Source: Phoronis australis (Eukaryota; Animalia; Phoronida). From it: a DNA stretch of 63,292 nucleotides. Positions 25,801 through 40,199 of this stretch are shown in pieces. A program made the position numbers and the translations under genes. The notes beneath the pieces are model-generated. The model made no database searches, was not told where the DNA came from, and saw only the letters and a list, made by a program, of their open reading frames with translations. Location: assembly GCA_002633005.1 (NCBI GenBank), contig NMRA01000154.1, forward strand, positions 244,216-307,507. Reading direction: 5' to 3'. Numbering within the stretch: the stretch's first letter is position 1; each line of letters begins with the position of its first letter.

Positions 25801-28800
25801 GTCAAACCCAAAGCAGACCTACACAGGCTCATTGCGAGCACTATAACGTAGTCACGGTAGTAGCAGGCGAAAATCATCGTTCAAGTCCCATAAAAAGAAA
25901 TAAAAGTAAGCTGCAGGGGAACGAAGAATTGATAAAATGTGGTCTGTTGACAGGTAAGCTCAGGGTAATTATATACACAAAGGGAAAGGTGTACATGTAC
26001 ATGTGCTTAACTTTTTTAATGTATTTGTGAAGGCGAGTGTTGAAGGTGGTTGCGAAATTGATCGGCCTCGTTTTACCCGCCACAGGCTCATCGAACAATG
26101 AATGCCGGACCAAGTGAAGTTCGATTGAACCCAAGTTTTGCTGGATCAGTAGATAATGGTTGGCTATTGTCGTGTGGAAATGACCTGGCGACTAACTCGG
26201 CCCAGCGCAGTGTTGGAGTTGACATCTGTAACGCCTTCATTACGACACGAAGGCGCTGCGATGGAACGTACCTCTCTCTATTGGCAACACTGATCAATCA
26301 TCGGCTCAACGTAATGAATACTTCCTTCAACACTTCCGCTGAGTGCCGCAGCTGTCGGACAACTCACTGAATGGTTGATATTGTAAAATACATGTGTTCC
26401 GGTTATGGCCATTAACAGAATATAAACGAAAGGAAACCAACGTGATTTTTGGCGAGATAGCACAATAAACCCTGGCTAGGGCGAAATATAGGTCTGCTGT
26501 AATAAAACACGTGATGACGGACATGACCGGGTCTGGCCGAGATATTATGAGGCCAGAACGTGAGTAAAGAACGCGCACGGAAGGGGGCATGAACTTGATG
26601 TGGGACAGACTAAACAAGCACATCGGCGACCTGCTAAATGTGAAGACGGGGGTGCACAAGGGTGCGCACACTACATGCCGCTCAGATGGCCATAAGTGGG
26701 TGTTCGGTGGTAGATTCCGTGAGAAAAGGAACACTTTGTGTCATGCGCATGGAACAAAATTGGGTGATTTTTATCATGAAAGCCCCCCAAACCCGGATTT
26801 GGCCTTTTTACGGATATTAAAAACGACTTTCCTATCCAATTCCTTGAAACAAAATTATGCTCTGTAACCCTCGACAACCCTAAAAAGCTCAGCGGAAAAT
26901 TTGAAAACTCCTTTCGAAGTCTGCTAAACGGGCAAGCGTGAGCTACGCTTTTGGCGAATTACATGGTGACTGTGGGGGAAACCCCCGTTAAGAATCTGTG
27001 AAATAGGGAGTAATGTTTAGCTGATTCCTGCATTCAGCTTTCAAAATTGACGCCAACGATGCATTAGTAAGTGACAGAACGAGAATTGGATTAAATCATC
27101 GAAACAGGGTTTAACATACTTTTAAACATAAAAGTGCTTGCAGATTCTATAATAAGTTTTTCAATGAATACCAACCACCATGCTCCGTGTTGTAGTCTAC
27201 AGATAAGAGAATTCCACTGGTAGTGCAAAGGAAGAAATTCCTTGGACCAGCTCTATTACGTTGCCATAGCTTGAGGGAGTCTGTATGCAACACACCAGGA
27301 AGACGTCTATCAACTGACATCGTGTTTGAGTCAGAGTGCTATGGAACAAATTCCATTTCCAGCTAAGATGTGTTTTTAGGAACACTTTTCTGAGAAAATT
27401 ACATGCCGTATACGCAAAGTAGCTTTAAAATCCTGATTTCACCCCAAACTGTCGACCGAATGTCAAGGATGTGTGCTATGTAGAATTTTACTATTTTGAT
27501 CATTTCCACTGATAACATTTGTGTTTGTTATTGTCATACTTGTCTTGAAAATTGCATTTTAGTAGATATTTATATTGTGTATTCGTTACTACCGCGTGCA
27601 ATAAGGTTTTTGCTATATTTTTCAGACCTTTGTAAAATAAAAGTTTTATTTACGATACTGAATTCTGCATGCTTTTTTTCTCGATACGACCCCAACAATC
27701 CCAAGTCCCTTTCAAGAACATAAATTTCAATTTCCCGCACCTTGGCTATGCTCGAAGCGGCGCTTAAATATACCATCTCTTGTTCTAGTTATTCTTATTT
27801 AAGACGAGCCCCATAATTTTGATACTGCCCAATCACTACGCAGTTCCAAAAAACATAGGCCACAATCTCGACTGCGAGAACACACCTTCCGATTGGTTTA
27901 TTTTCCGCTTCTTATGGATTGTCCTTGATTACCGGCGGACGTGCGCTTTTTGGCTACCTTTTCCCAACAAATACTTTGATTTCCAATCTAAATGGACAAA
28001 ATTCACGGACATTTGTTGAAAAAAGTGAAAATTCACATCACCAACCGATAACCCTCCCCACCAAACGTTTTCTATGCTTCTGGAAGCAAGGACAATCTCG
28101 GACAATCCCTCGCGAGGCCTTTTGAATGCTTCAAATGTGCATGTAGCTAGTGAACAGGACCCGCCACTTCGTGAGACTACATCCAATAGTTTAAGTTTTA
28201 CATTAACACTATGGTCATCTGGGTATCTGGAGAGGGCCATTACTCGAGAGAGTGTTATCGACAAATCTCTGAATTCGTAAAAAAATATTAATTGATAATT
28301 CTGGCGACCAATTAACCTAAATTCAACACGTCCTATTGTCGGCGTTCGGATGAAAAAAATGTTTTAGCCAAGGGTAACATAGTTTGACTCATTAGTTAAA
28401 TAGTCGAGGGACAGAATTAGCCATATGTACAATTGTGCTTTACAGTTGGTTCGTTTAACACTGGAGGCGGATTTTTCCATCGGGAATCGGTGACTTTAGG
28501 GAATTGTGGAGTTATTGACAGTTCATAGGTCTAATCAAATGATGCAAGGTACAGCCTGTCACAAATAACTGCATCACCTAATAACTTTCCGACCTTTTGC
28601 ACCCACAACTAGCAGAGTGATTACGAAATATGTTTAGTATAATTAGAGTCCAGGGCGTGAAAACCCTGCATTCTCCCAACAGTCTAACTTATGAATTAGA
28701 ACCCTTGTCGTAATAAAACTGGTTTCAATTTGCTCCTTCCTCAGATATGAAGGCATTTTTATGTTTGGTGGAACTGGCATTTCGTTAGCGCTTGAGTCCA

Positions 28801-30299
28801 AACTCAACAACGACGCTTGATTCGGCTAGCCATTATAGTCCGTGAGCATGATCTCAAAAAATACTAAGCGCCATTTCTTCCTACGACGTCCAGAAAACGC
28901 TTCTAAAATTAAGTACGAAACAAGTGACATAAATCCGACAAAAGATATATTTGACAGTAGACGGGCTTATATATTATTAGCTATACTAAACTGTTCATTT
29001 GTTCAGTTGAGCTTACAACTCACCACTCAGCTAATGCCCGATAAGCGCACGTGACTAGATGACGTATGTTGCCTACACTATGCAATCATTCGCCGAGAAA
29101 AGTTACTATCCGGCCTGCCAAGTACCGTAGATTTCTGAGTAGTTTAATTCAATGACGAACTGGCGACATTGTGTTACGGTATTTCTCCCACTAAGTCTGT
29201 TCTTAGCGAGGAACGAAATGTTATTTGGTTACGTAAATACAACACTGAATCCTTAGCTTATTTGTAAACCTGATCAGCAAGTATGGGCATTTAGCTTCAG
29301 AACTGAGATATAAAATTTAAGTCCGTAAAAACAGGTCACACTTGAAAATAAAGAGCGTGTAGCATTTGATTTTGGGTATCATATAAATTTGCATTTGATA
29401 GGGTCACATAACCGTTCCTTTTAAGTCAAATCAGAAAATAAAGGTACATTCATTACAAGAAAGTGATGTCAACCAATTTTATTTTGATGTACAGTAAGTC
29501 TTCAAAATGAAATCTCAAAAACGGCGTTTCAATTTTCTAAGTTATGTTTTGTTTTTTCGTTATTTTTTTACAAAAACGTAAAAGTACCAATTTCCGAGAC
29601 CACTTTGTACCGGCAAAAGTGAACTCACGTTTCGACATTTCCTGGCTGCGCTTTGTGAACATTACATAAATCTGACAAGATCACTAAATCCCAACATTTT
29701 TATGTAGGATGTTCCGTGAATTATACACAACCTTAGATTTTCGGGAATAGAATTTGCAAAGAGAACCCTTTCCCGACAAATTCCCGAGCTGTTTACATTA
29801 GTTGACACAGCACCCAGTCTTCTGTGACGTGGATTAACTGAATCCTTGTGATTTTGGAAATTAATATTTTTACTTGTTTGGAATATTTATCCTTTTGATT
29901 GTGCTTCGACTTTTCAAGAGATGCAGTATGTCGTCATACGAAGGAGACTCGGGAACATGGCACGCCAAATTCTTGAAATAGTTTAAAGTAATGCCTCGTA
30001 CGTTGTTGACATTTAACAGGGGACGCCTGATTGAACAGAAACGAGTTCAAAGTTTAGCTTGTGACAGCTGCAACAAAGAAGAATTTTAGAAAAGGATTAA
30101 AAACGAAGATTCTGACGGGACCGCACTCCAGCTGTAGCCGGTAAATTAAGATGATTCTCAATTCAAGAAATAATTCCACAAAGAACATTCCGCTTTTGGG
30201 CTTGGTAGACTTAATATTTTAAACCAATTTCAGTGACAACTGCATTTTAAAGTGCCTTCAGGTTAAAAACTTTATTGACAAGTATGCCGGTTAAGTGAA

Positions 30300-30760
30300 A
30301 TATCTAAAAATTACTATGATACATTTTAACACAGAAAAAATATATTATATTTTCTGAAAGTAGAAAGCCTGCAAAGTTCGTTTTTTTTTACTTTTTGCCA
30401 ATCTGCCATGAATTAGGTTCTGTGCCATGTGTTTTTAACAAAGTTTAGCAAAGAGAAGGGCACATTGATAACGAAACAACGGTGTCAATAATATCTCATT
30501 TTATTTGAAAAGTGTTCAAGGTAAGATCTCATAAACGCTGTTATAGTTTTCTAAAATATCTTTTCGTTTTCGTGTTACGCTTGTAAGTCCTATTTTAGAT
30601 AGTGGAGCATTATATAACAACGATTCCTAATAGCACATAGGAGAACATAGCATAAAGCATACTACTTGAAAGTTTCATATCAATTCGATGGGCCATTTCT
30701 GAGATATGATATTCGAAAATTGGCCAAATTTTGCCATTTTGTTTTCTACGGCACCAGACA
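30300..30760. mobile_element. Family B copy 2 (diverged; ends approximate)
   Basis: ATTTTCTGAAA...TTTTGCCAATCTG...TTTAGCAAA...CATTGATAACGAAAC...TTCTGAGATATGAT...GCCAAATTT is collinear with copy 1. Confidence 0.65.
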
Positions 30761-31086
30761 ACTTTGGTATTAACTAGTCAAGGTTTAGAAACATGTTGTT
30801 TTATTATGAAATCAATTTTCAAAAACAACAATGTTTCTAAGAAGCCTAGTTATCGGAATGTAATCCTGGCTTCATGAAATTCGCTAATTGCCAATGGGAC
30901 TGTACTACGGCATTAACTTTTCGATTATAACCAGATTTTGAAATATCCAAATAGCAGTTACTAACTGTTCACAGTGGCTGAGCTTTGGCAACAGAATCGT
31001 CAAGACTCGCAGACGGTTAGTTTATAAAAACATTCTCATCACAATATTTCCATTCACATGTCTGTGTGATAAACTGGGTGGTTGTA

Positions 31087-31330
31087 CATGCGCGTACCCA
31101 GCCTTTAATATGGGAGGGCTCGAATTTCTGGCGATGTGTACCTTTTGCTGACAATAATACCTGTAATAATACCTTTTGCTGACAAAAAGCGGGAGGACTA
31201 AAAAACACGGGGTACCACCTTCACTGTTCGTCTGCGCCTTTTTAGTGGACTGTTGTCTCGTTTTCTCGGACTTTTTGTTTCTCTGAGGCGGACCTTTTTG
31301 CCCACTTCGCCCCCAGTGGATGCGCGCATG
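31087..31330. mobile_element. Small MITE with CATGCGCG termini and a 5-bp TSD
   Basis: TTGTA|CATGCGCGTACCCA...TGGATGCGCGCATG|TTGTA. Confidence 0.75.
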
Positions 31331-33701
31331 TTGTAGGACTATTTAACACGTGCAAGGGCTACCGGAGTGTTTCCAAGCATATTCACCATTGACCCCCAAA
31401 GGCAGTTTAGAGACAACAAGGGTTTATGTAATCCATTTCGAATTGTCTCAACGTGCTCAGCAATCCAAAACGATATCGACAAGTTGTTCTCAGCATGCTC
31501 AATAGAAATCACAAGGAGACGGATTTACGGACAAAGGCAAATAAAAACACCAATCAAGTTCTGCCAGTGACTTGCAGTGGTCGGTAGACCACTACAACAA
31601 AACTGGCCTAAAATAACTCACAATATACAGAGCGCGACACGCAGATTATTTTGCGGTTTCTGTCCCGATCGGAGTGCACACACACTGGTTAAACATGTCT
31701 GCCAACTTGATCTACCATGACCGGTGACGTAACACCGTCTGACACTCTCGCTGGCAAAAGACGAAATTAAATTAACAATTAAGCAGTTACGGCTTTCCTA
31801 TTCAATAAGTACTCCGTTTACCGGTCGATTGGAATGATTTTCTGTGACTTACCTGGCGTTAATCAAGGTGTATGTGGTAACTTGTTAACTTTCCGTTTGA
31901 CCTTAGGCCACAGGGCACAGCACAAGTCGCGCGACTAGACTGGCAGGCCATGACCTGGCATGACCTTACAACAGCGCCTATGCAAACAGGAGTAAAAACG
32001 GGTCATGATGGATGTGTTTAGATTAGTTGCGTCTGTGTTTACATTATCGATCAGAGGCAAGTTCCCCCGACTCCATGGAGATACCGTCTCGCACTTTTTG
32101 GCTGTTACCAAGCGAAGATTTTATGTTTGCCAGGTGTGCTATTTGGTCACGGTTAAATCCACGTTTTCCTGCGCCTGCCCTAATAATAATGTTGGGGTGG
32201 AGATTGCAGACTATTATCTTGGTGTTATAACGGGGAAAGGGTTAAAAGTTCATCTCCCGAAAGGCGTTTTGTTCTCACATTGACTTTATTTCTAGATGAT
32301 GTTTGTGTATTGGCGTGTTTTTGTAATTTGCTGACGCATTGGTAATGGAAGTGCAGGTCGCGTCATTTCAGTGACATACGGTTTTGTATTTCCGCCAGTT
32401 ATGGTACGGACTCTGGTGAATTGATACTTTCGTCAATTATATTACCGTAATCTTGTTATATCCTATGTTTAACGAAATACATAATTATTTAAATGCATAA
32501 CTATTTTAAGTCACCAATGGCTCGTGATTTGATAAATAAACACTAGGAGTTAGAAAGAAAACAAATACCACCCCAAAATAAGATCACGAAGTAATTGCAC
32601 GTTCGAGTGCATTTAACACACCTTTGCCTCAACACATCATTTATTACACGTCTTGGCTTTATTACTTCGTGTCGTTATGGACTATGGTGTCGTTAACTCA
32701 CGCTGCAGCCGCTGCTAAGCGATGATGCAAAAACCGCACCTTCCCCGGAGACTGATATCAATAGTGTACGTCATTAGTCAATCGATTATCGCATCTTACG
32801 TGACCTGTTGCATGCCTAGCCTCGCTCTTCGCCGACTGAAAAACGCAGTCGGCTTCTCTTAATCCAAAATACAGATTGTATTCCGACTATTCACTTCCTT
32901 ATATGGAAACTTGCCCAACCCGGCGCGCGTGCTGTATACGCGAGTTTCTCTGTCGCCAAAACCCCAAGACTTCGCGAGACATCGCCATGTACTAGCGAAG
33001 CACACGGCCGATTACGCCCGCTTCCTTCGTATGATTCTTGCATACGTAACTCAAGCCCGGTTGTTGTTTGCTTTCCCATTTTACGAAAGACTTACGAGAG
33101 TACTTACACATAACTTATCTATTTGCTATTTTAGTATTGTTTTATAACCGGAATGGAACAAAAAAAAACAACAAATATCTTAGGAAAATAATGCGAAAAC
33201 AAACGTTTGGGGTTTGTGTCACTGGAGTACACCCACCACGAAGAATGAACACAGGCGGTCTACGCGCAGTGTGACCGTTGTCATAGAGATGTTGTCGTAA
33301 TCGAACGGCACCGCTTTGTACCGGCAGAGACATAGTTTTTACAATAGGCAACATACATGTCAAAACCACATTTTGCTATAACCATATATTTTGTAAAAAA
33401 ACATAACTAACCATAACACTGACGAAAACGAGTCAAAATATGGTGAAGTTTCAAAATGCATTGCATGTACCTACGTGTACATATTAGAGGCTCTTACATG
33501 TACGTCTAGTAACTGTGAGTGTTGTTATACTCCTTGGTAACTCTAACCCTGTCGAGCAAGGCTCGTGATATGAGATTATTTCGACAGAAGAGATTGTCAG
33601 TAAAAGCTAAAGCGAAGGTGTGAAAACTTTATTATGAACATCGGCAAAATGCGTATTAATTACCGAAAATACGCTGCAGCACTAAACAAACGGCAAAATA
33701 C

Positions 33702-33857
33702 CAGGGTCAGATCCAGAATTTTTAATTGGGGGGAGCAGGGCAGAGTATTAGCCAGGAATTTGCCCGTCAGATATTCGCACCCCCGAACTTTCAAATGGAA
33801 TCTGAAAAAAATTTAGGGGGGCATAACCCCCTTGGCCCCCCTCTAAATCCGCCAGTG
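33702..33857. mobile_element. Small MITE with related termini and a 5-bp TSD
   Basis: AATAC|CAGGGTCAGATCCAG...CTAAATCCGCCAGTG|AATAC. Confidence 0.7.
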
Positions 33858-34971
33858 AATACGTAGCAAATACGTAATTCTCGTATTGGTCGACATGTAT
33901 GACCTGACAACGAATCACGTATCTAGTCTACTACGTTGCTTGGACCCTTGCCAGTTTCAACAATACTAAAACCTGTACGCATGCGCCAAATCCAACTCAA
34001 ATTTTGTAATGACATAACCTTTAGTTACGCTTTAAATAGCGTGTTTAAACTGAATGTCTGGAAATGATATATCAAAAGGTTTCTCAGATCGTGAGCAATT
34101 AAATTAACCCGGCCCATCTGACGACACCGAGATTTTGACAACATTCGACGATGTTGTGAAGATCGATCATTCGAATATTGTAGATTTTGCGGTTAACTCC
34201 AGCTGGCTTCGTGCAGCGGCCGTTTAACACTCTCATTCGGTACAGTATTCGTCAGTTTCAGCACGACGTTATTACGTACATCTTAAATAAGTTACAGGTA
34301 CAGTGCATATGCACATCTGGAAGCCTTCGGGTATTTTCGTAATCTCGAATTTCCTCTTTGAGGAGAAAGTTATCTGCGCATGTGCGAACTTCAGTCACAC
34401 CGCCAATTGCTTTCTTCAGTTCGAAAGTCAAATGGGCTGACTTATGACTGGCTGACTTGATGCCTAAATACTAGTTGTCGTGGCAGGCAAACTCTACATT
34501 GCCTACAATATTTTGCTTCAGCCAAAGGCATGATAAACGACAAGTTCTCCGTAGACTCTCGTCTCATTGCTAACACTTTAACGTAGGAACGTATAGGAAC
34601 ATGTTTTTACCTTGTTATTGTTTATTTTCCGTGGGGTAACCGCCGAAATATGACGGGCAAAAGGATTTTGGCTTCAAAACATCGTGAAAAAAGTATCGTG
34701 TGGCAGTTTTTATAATAAATGTGTTTCTTGAGTCAGTATAACAAAATAATATGTTGTTTCCTCGTACCCTGCAGCGCGTGGTTAATGTTTGTTTTTCATT
34801 CGCTTTTCTTGTAAGTGTATCATCTCGTGTCAGATTTACTTGTAAGTGTCTCATCTCGTGCCAAATTTATGTAGCGAAATTATTGGATTTGGGTTGGGTT
34901 AGGTAAGATTTTTACGTTTTCGTAACGGAACAATCCCCATTACTCAACACTTCATAACTTAGCTTTAAATA

Positions 34972-34974
<3 letters not shown>

Positions 34975-35013
<39 letters not shown>
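34975..35013. repeat. (TTA)n microsatellite
   Basis: About 13 uninterrupted TTA units. Confidence 0.95.
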
Positions 35014-35014
<1 letters not shown>

Positions 35015-35710
35015 AACTACTACTATACTATTACCAGTTCACAACTCCTCTCAACTTACCCACATTATGATACTGAGTGGGTTGGTTATATACAAACACG
35101 CGAGCAGATGAAATGGTTAAAACTGAAGAAACGGAAAACGAAAGAAAAAAGCATGTTCATTTTTACACACTCATTCTAAATATGTATAGGGAACGTCTTT
35201 AAATGGGTTTCCTTTAATTGCATTCAACTATCGTCCCAGGGCTACACGCCACAAGGCCTTCAATTGTGGAAATGATTTTCATTATGTCGATTCAGCAAAA
35301 ATTTCCAACCGTCGAAAAGATTTCGGGCAGCACCCACGTCCTTGTGCCTCGGGGTGGTACTATTGGCGGCCGGGTACCAGGAGATAGATCTTGACCCAGC
35401 GCATTAGAAAACGCCTGTTCTTGTGTTTTAACACACATCAAGTTCCTTCCTTCCCAGGCGTATTTGCTCTTCGAAAGCAACGTTATCGCGTACAAAAAAA
35501 CATCGCCTGTAACTCGACTAACGGGCGCAAAGACTTAGCGACTGAAGCTAACCCGTTCGACCTGAAGCCATAAGAACCTGCCACTTCCTGCTCAAGTATG
35601 GTGATTATTTCTAGTCTTGGTAAAGAACCAGGATGAGACCGATCTTATTGAGTTTATAACAACATGACTCTTAATCAAAGGCTGGTTTTGACAGGGCTGT
35701 GGGCTTTTTT

Positions 35711-36138
35711 GCCAGGTTGCATGAACAAGTCCCAAATAGGGTCTCAGCTAAGGTCCCTAAATTTAATGCATGCTTGAGGACTTTGAATGTCCTTTCTTAT
35801 ACTGCTTTAGTTTCATCATTAAGTCATTATGTTTGGCTTTGATACAAAGCGAGAGTGATTTCTACGTCATTAGTTCTCAATATCATCAAAAATAAGTAGG
35901 AGCCTTTTCATGCAACGCTTCTAATTTAAGGACTAAGACCCTATTCTTTTTCAATGAATTAAGGGTTGAGATTTTAGTTATATCATTAGAAAATGTCATA
36001 AGTCAAAAGGAGCCCATAGTAAAGATAAAATGATAGAAAAATATTGCATCTCTGCGAGCCCCGGGGCATAATACGCAAAAAGACTGAGGGATCTTAGTCG
36101 AGTCCCTACTTGGGACTGTTTCATGCAACTCAGTGGCC
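35711..36138. mobile_element. MITE family C with about 30-bp TIRs
   Basis: GTTGCATGAACAAGTCCCAAATAGGG versus CCCTACTTGGGACTGTTTCATGCAAC. Interior is similar to 8406-8776. Confidence 0.75.
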
Positions 36139-38161
36139 ACTTCCCCCTTTAACTGTTAGAAGAAGTAAACCAATGTTAAAGCGACTGTTAAATTGCTTAC
36201 AACTCGCCGGATTTTGCAATTCACTGCATGGATGTACTGTAGTTTGCGCTGTCGTTCACCAAGTTGACGTCTTTAGGCAGCAATAGTCAGTTAAGGTGAA
36301 ACCGTATGCTGGGATAGAAGTCAACTGACCTGTAACAAAGATTTTATAGTATCTTTGCCTGCAATGTGAACTCTCTCACCTTCGGGGCCTAGTTATGACC
36401 ACGCTTTTGTGTCTCGCCCAAACCTTGAAGTCTACGTTTATTTGGACTGACACGTCTAGTTGCGTTCGTAAATATCCGGAATTGAATGGTCGATAGCTGC
36501 TTTTGGCCAATGTGGCCTACTGCCAGATGGCATATCCTAACCACCACCAGCATCACCAGTTGTGAAACAAATTGTCTCGTACAATGCAAAAAATGCCGTA
36601 AAATATTCCAAGCAAACTCAAAACCTTGTTCAAATTTAAGATACCCAAATTGCGTTTCTCACTACAATAATGGCATTTCAACTATCTTGTCAAAATAATA
36701 CACAACTCGATTTATTGCCAGTTGCAACCCGAAAAATGCTGATGAAAATAAGGTCGGCTACCCCATTCCTTCCTGAAAAGTTTGGGCAAATATGTCGTGA
36801 CATGTGGTGTTTTCTGATGCACTTTGTCGAGAGCTATTTCCTAGTACGCGCCAGTAGTTACCACCTTGACGGGAGAACCAAACTTTTTTAGAATTAATCT
36901 GATTCCCGGACTATATGGAGTGACAACTTTTATGTAGCGCTCACCTACTACACGTGACGCCTACTACACGTGACGAATGATCGATCTGTGTTAGGTGTTT
37001 AAGTACGTCTGCGACTCCTACTATGAAGGTTATGTAAACCTCATAAGTTATATTCCCATTTCAAAAATCAATTCAACGTTTCGTTTCACCTTTGTCCAGT
37101 GAAATCCGAGCCCGTCTGTGCGGTCCGATCGGGGCTCATCACCAGTAATGTGATTATAACTTGGGAATCCACTGCACAATGGTACAACAAGATATGATAC
37201 GACACGTTTCAAAGTCTTGAAACTCATCAATCATAGTTTACTGGATTAAACTTTTATTTCCAACATGTGGTAGCGGGCCTACCTCTACATCAAATTATGC
37301 TGGATAAGTCGACGTAGATGAAAAGTGAGATGAAGTCGTCTGACAAAGCGCACCTCGATACGCTTGCCGGACGGAACGCGGCTAATAAAGGCGTAAGTTC
37401 GTGTGCCCGTTTATTTTACTATTTTTACCATGTCAACGCCATGGCTATCGGTGCAAACTTTCGTTTAATTACTTCTATTCTGCAATTCGTCACGTGCCGA
37501 CAAAATATGTAGAAGCGAAAACTTTCTTTCAAATTTATTCTACATAAATTTCCAGCGATTCCAGTAAAACATTGGTTTTAATTGAACTACAATTGTAACG
37601 ACCGCAAAACAAAATGGGGTAAAAATTAATTATTTGAACCAAACCAGCTTTTGACAGTATTTCACAATGACTTTCTCCGAAATGACTTTAAGTATACACG
37701 AAATATATACCCCATTTATCCTATGATTACTGGTTCGATTGTTAAAAGCCAGCGCACAGATACAAACTGTTGTCAATATGCCTGCATCAGTGTATATCAG
37801 TGACAGTGTTGTGGCATCCAACCAGCACATGCAATACAATTTTTGTCGTGAACAAACACATACGATATCATTTTTATCGGAAATATTGGGGGCTATGAAT
37901 AAACGTATGTGTACGCAAGACTCAACACAAGCGTTTTTTTTCTGTGTTTGTTCTATGAATGTGCATGGATTTTTTGTGTTAGAGAGGTGTTTTAACAATA
38001 TTCATTCATACTTCCTTGTGTGTATAGCTTCTCAACAAAAACCACCCCTCTCTTGACCTTCTCATTAAGCGCGCTCAACATCAACCAAACTAAGAGGAAA
38101 TATAACTGAAAACGTCAAGTAATGGAATGGCAGTTATGAAAGCCGACCAGTGACAGCACAA

Positions 38162-38167
38162 TTTATT
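38162..38167 (-). terminator. Candidate polyadenylation signal of the RCC1-repeat gene
   Basis: AATAAA on the minus strand about 480 nt after the stop, close to where CpG depletion ends. Confidence 0.4.
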
Positions 38168-38644
38168 TTGATATTAACAGTTCGTTGTATTCGGACCTAA
38201 GTGTATATATAATCACAAAACAAAATATTTGATCTCATCTTGTGAATGAAAATACACCAATAGACACCCTTCACACCCTGACAGCCTATAAACTGCAGAC
38301 ACAGATAAATACACTCAACATGTGATTCAAAGCAGAACAAGTCAAACAAGACTGAATCAAGAATTTTTACAGAAAAAAACAATGAACCCTTCATAATCCT
38401 CAAATAAGAAAACACAGAACAAAATGGCAAGAATGGCGACTACAGAGTGCTCTGACATTGTACTTGTAATAACACGCCAGGACATGTAATAAATAACAAA
38501 TAAATGTGCTGCCCCCCGGGCCAGTTACTTAAATATGAGACCACACCCACAGGGGGCCTACATGTGAGAGCTTACAGGCCCGGTGACATATCCACTGGCC
38601 CCAGCCACCGGGCCAGTGAGTGTGTTTTTCGAATGCTGCTAGTG

Positions 38645-39211
38645 TTACCTCGAAGACGAAGACCCTGGAACTGGCTGGCTGGGAGGAAAGGACTTGATAC
38701 TAAGAGCAGTATTTCTAGCAGGCTCCTTCACAGGCTTTGATTGGCTGTTTGAAATTTGAAAACTAACAGGCTGTAGACCCTTCCATTTGTGACCAATCGA
38801 ATTATCTCCCTCATCTTGAGAGGAATCGTCACTACTCGTCTTTTGTTCACGCTTCATAACACCAAGTCTGTCGCGTGACGCCCTGTTCAAAGCCGCTGGC
38901 GCGCTGTTGCTTCCTAGTGATTCACGCCGGTCGTTTTCCAAAACCTTGTTTCCAGAACCTAACAACAAAATGTCTGCTTCATTCTTCCATGACGAAGCAC
39001 TAGAGTAGATAGGTTTCTGCCTGGGATTCTCTACTTTGATTGCAAACCCATTGTTTCTCGCCTGTATTGTTGATTGTTGAGTGAACGATCTTTGTCCAAA
39101 GTTAACTGGCCTCTTTTTGATGACTCTCTTGGCAGCACCGCCAACAAAACTAACTGGCTTTGGAAGGTTTGTGTTTTTCGGAAGAGGCGGCTTGCTTGAT
39201 ACAGATAAATT
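38645..39211 (-). CDS. RCC1-repeat protein, probable last coding exon
   Basis: atatttcag|AAT, phase 0, open to TAA at 38647-38645. The 12 exons sum to 2922 nt (973 aa plus stop). The stop overlaps a donor-like AG|GTAACA, so a further exon cannot be excluded. Confidence 0.8.
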   Translation of the reverse strand, partial: NLSVSSKPPLPKNTNLPKPVSFVGGAAKRVIKKRPVNFGQRSFTQQSTIQARNNGFAIKVENPRQKPIYSSASSWKNEADILLLGSGNKVLENDRRESLGSNSAPAALNRASRDRLGVMKREQKTSSDDSSQDEGDNSIGHKWKGLQPVSFQISNSQSKPVKEPARNTALSIKSFPPSQPVPGSSSSR

Positions 39212-39522
39212 CTGAAATATTAATATCTTCATAGTAAAAGTAATTTCAGCATGGGAATTGGGTTAGAATTAAATTTACAATTTCACAATGTTACATTTGA
39301 CCGACCTACAGGCAGTTTTAAGACCACTGAAGGGACAACCGATAGAAACAGATATTCACAGTTAAAATTAAAATCAACTGATGGTGTTGTAAAATGATAC
39401 CTTATTCATCAAATTTAAAACGTTGTGAATTGCTTTAAGTTGCCATAAACCCACTTTCTGTCAAAGAAATAACATCTGAAACTGGTCTCAACCTGTTTCA
39501 TACACAGCCGATTTGAGATAAT

Positions 39523-39904
39523 ATCTGACAATATGCTCATCCTTCGCAGACCAGAGTCACTATATAGGCTGATAACAGCAAACCATTTTATGCAGTGAGT
39601 ATCTGACAATATGCTCATCCTTCGCAGACCAGAGTCACTATATAGGCTGATAACAGCAAACCATTTTATGCAGTGAGTATCTGACTATGCTCACCCTTCG
39701 CAGACCAGAGTCACTAAAAAGGCTCATAACAGCAAACCATTTTATGCAGTGAGTATCTGACAATATGCTCACCCTTCGCAGACCAGAGTCACTATATAGG
39801 CTGATAACAGCAAACTATTTTATGTAGTGAGTATCTGACAATATGCTCATCCTTCACAGACCAGAGTCACTATATAGGCTGATAACAGCAAACCATTTTA
39901 TGCA
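39523..39904. repeat. Tandem repeat, about 5 x 78 bp, in the last RCC1-gene intron
   Basis: ATCTGAC recurs at 39523, 39601, 39679, 39755 and 39833 with near-identical units. Confidence 0.95.
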
Positions 39905-39947
39905 ATGAATGTAGCCTCAACAAGTAACTGACAGATCTTTCGAACCC

Positions 39948-40199
39948 CTCGGGTCTGTTTCATGAAAAGAGACTTAAGTCAGAAATTTTGTCTTACGCTC
40001 TACACAGTTCCAAAAAATAATTAACTCTCACTAAGTCTCTGAGAATATGTACGTAACTTCAAGTTACTGAGATAATTTCTAATATTTATTTCTAGACTGT
40101 GACGCACTAATAATTGCTTAAAACTTTTTCATCAATTGTGAAACGGGAGCGAAAAAACAAATTTTTGTCTTAAAAATACTTTCATGAAACAGACCTGAG
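39948..40199. mobile_element. Short MITE with GGTCTGTTTCATGAAA termini
   Basis: 16-bp perfect inverted repeat (19/20 when extended) at 39952-39967 and 40180-40195. Confidence 0.75.

Noticed and set aside
25990-26880. GC-richer block with many overlapping ORFs, including MWDRLNKHI, faintly like a Tc1 C-terminal motif
   Set aside because: No coherent domain, splice-phase chain or termini could be shown.
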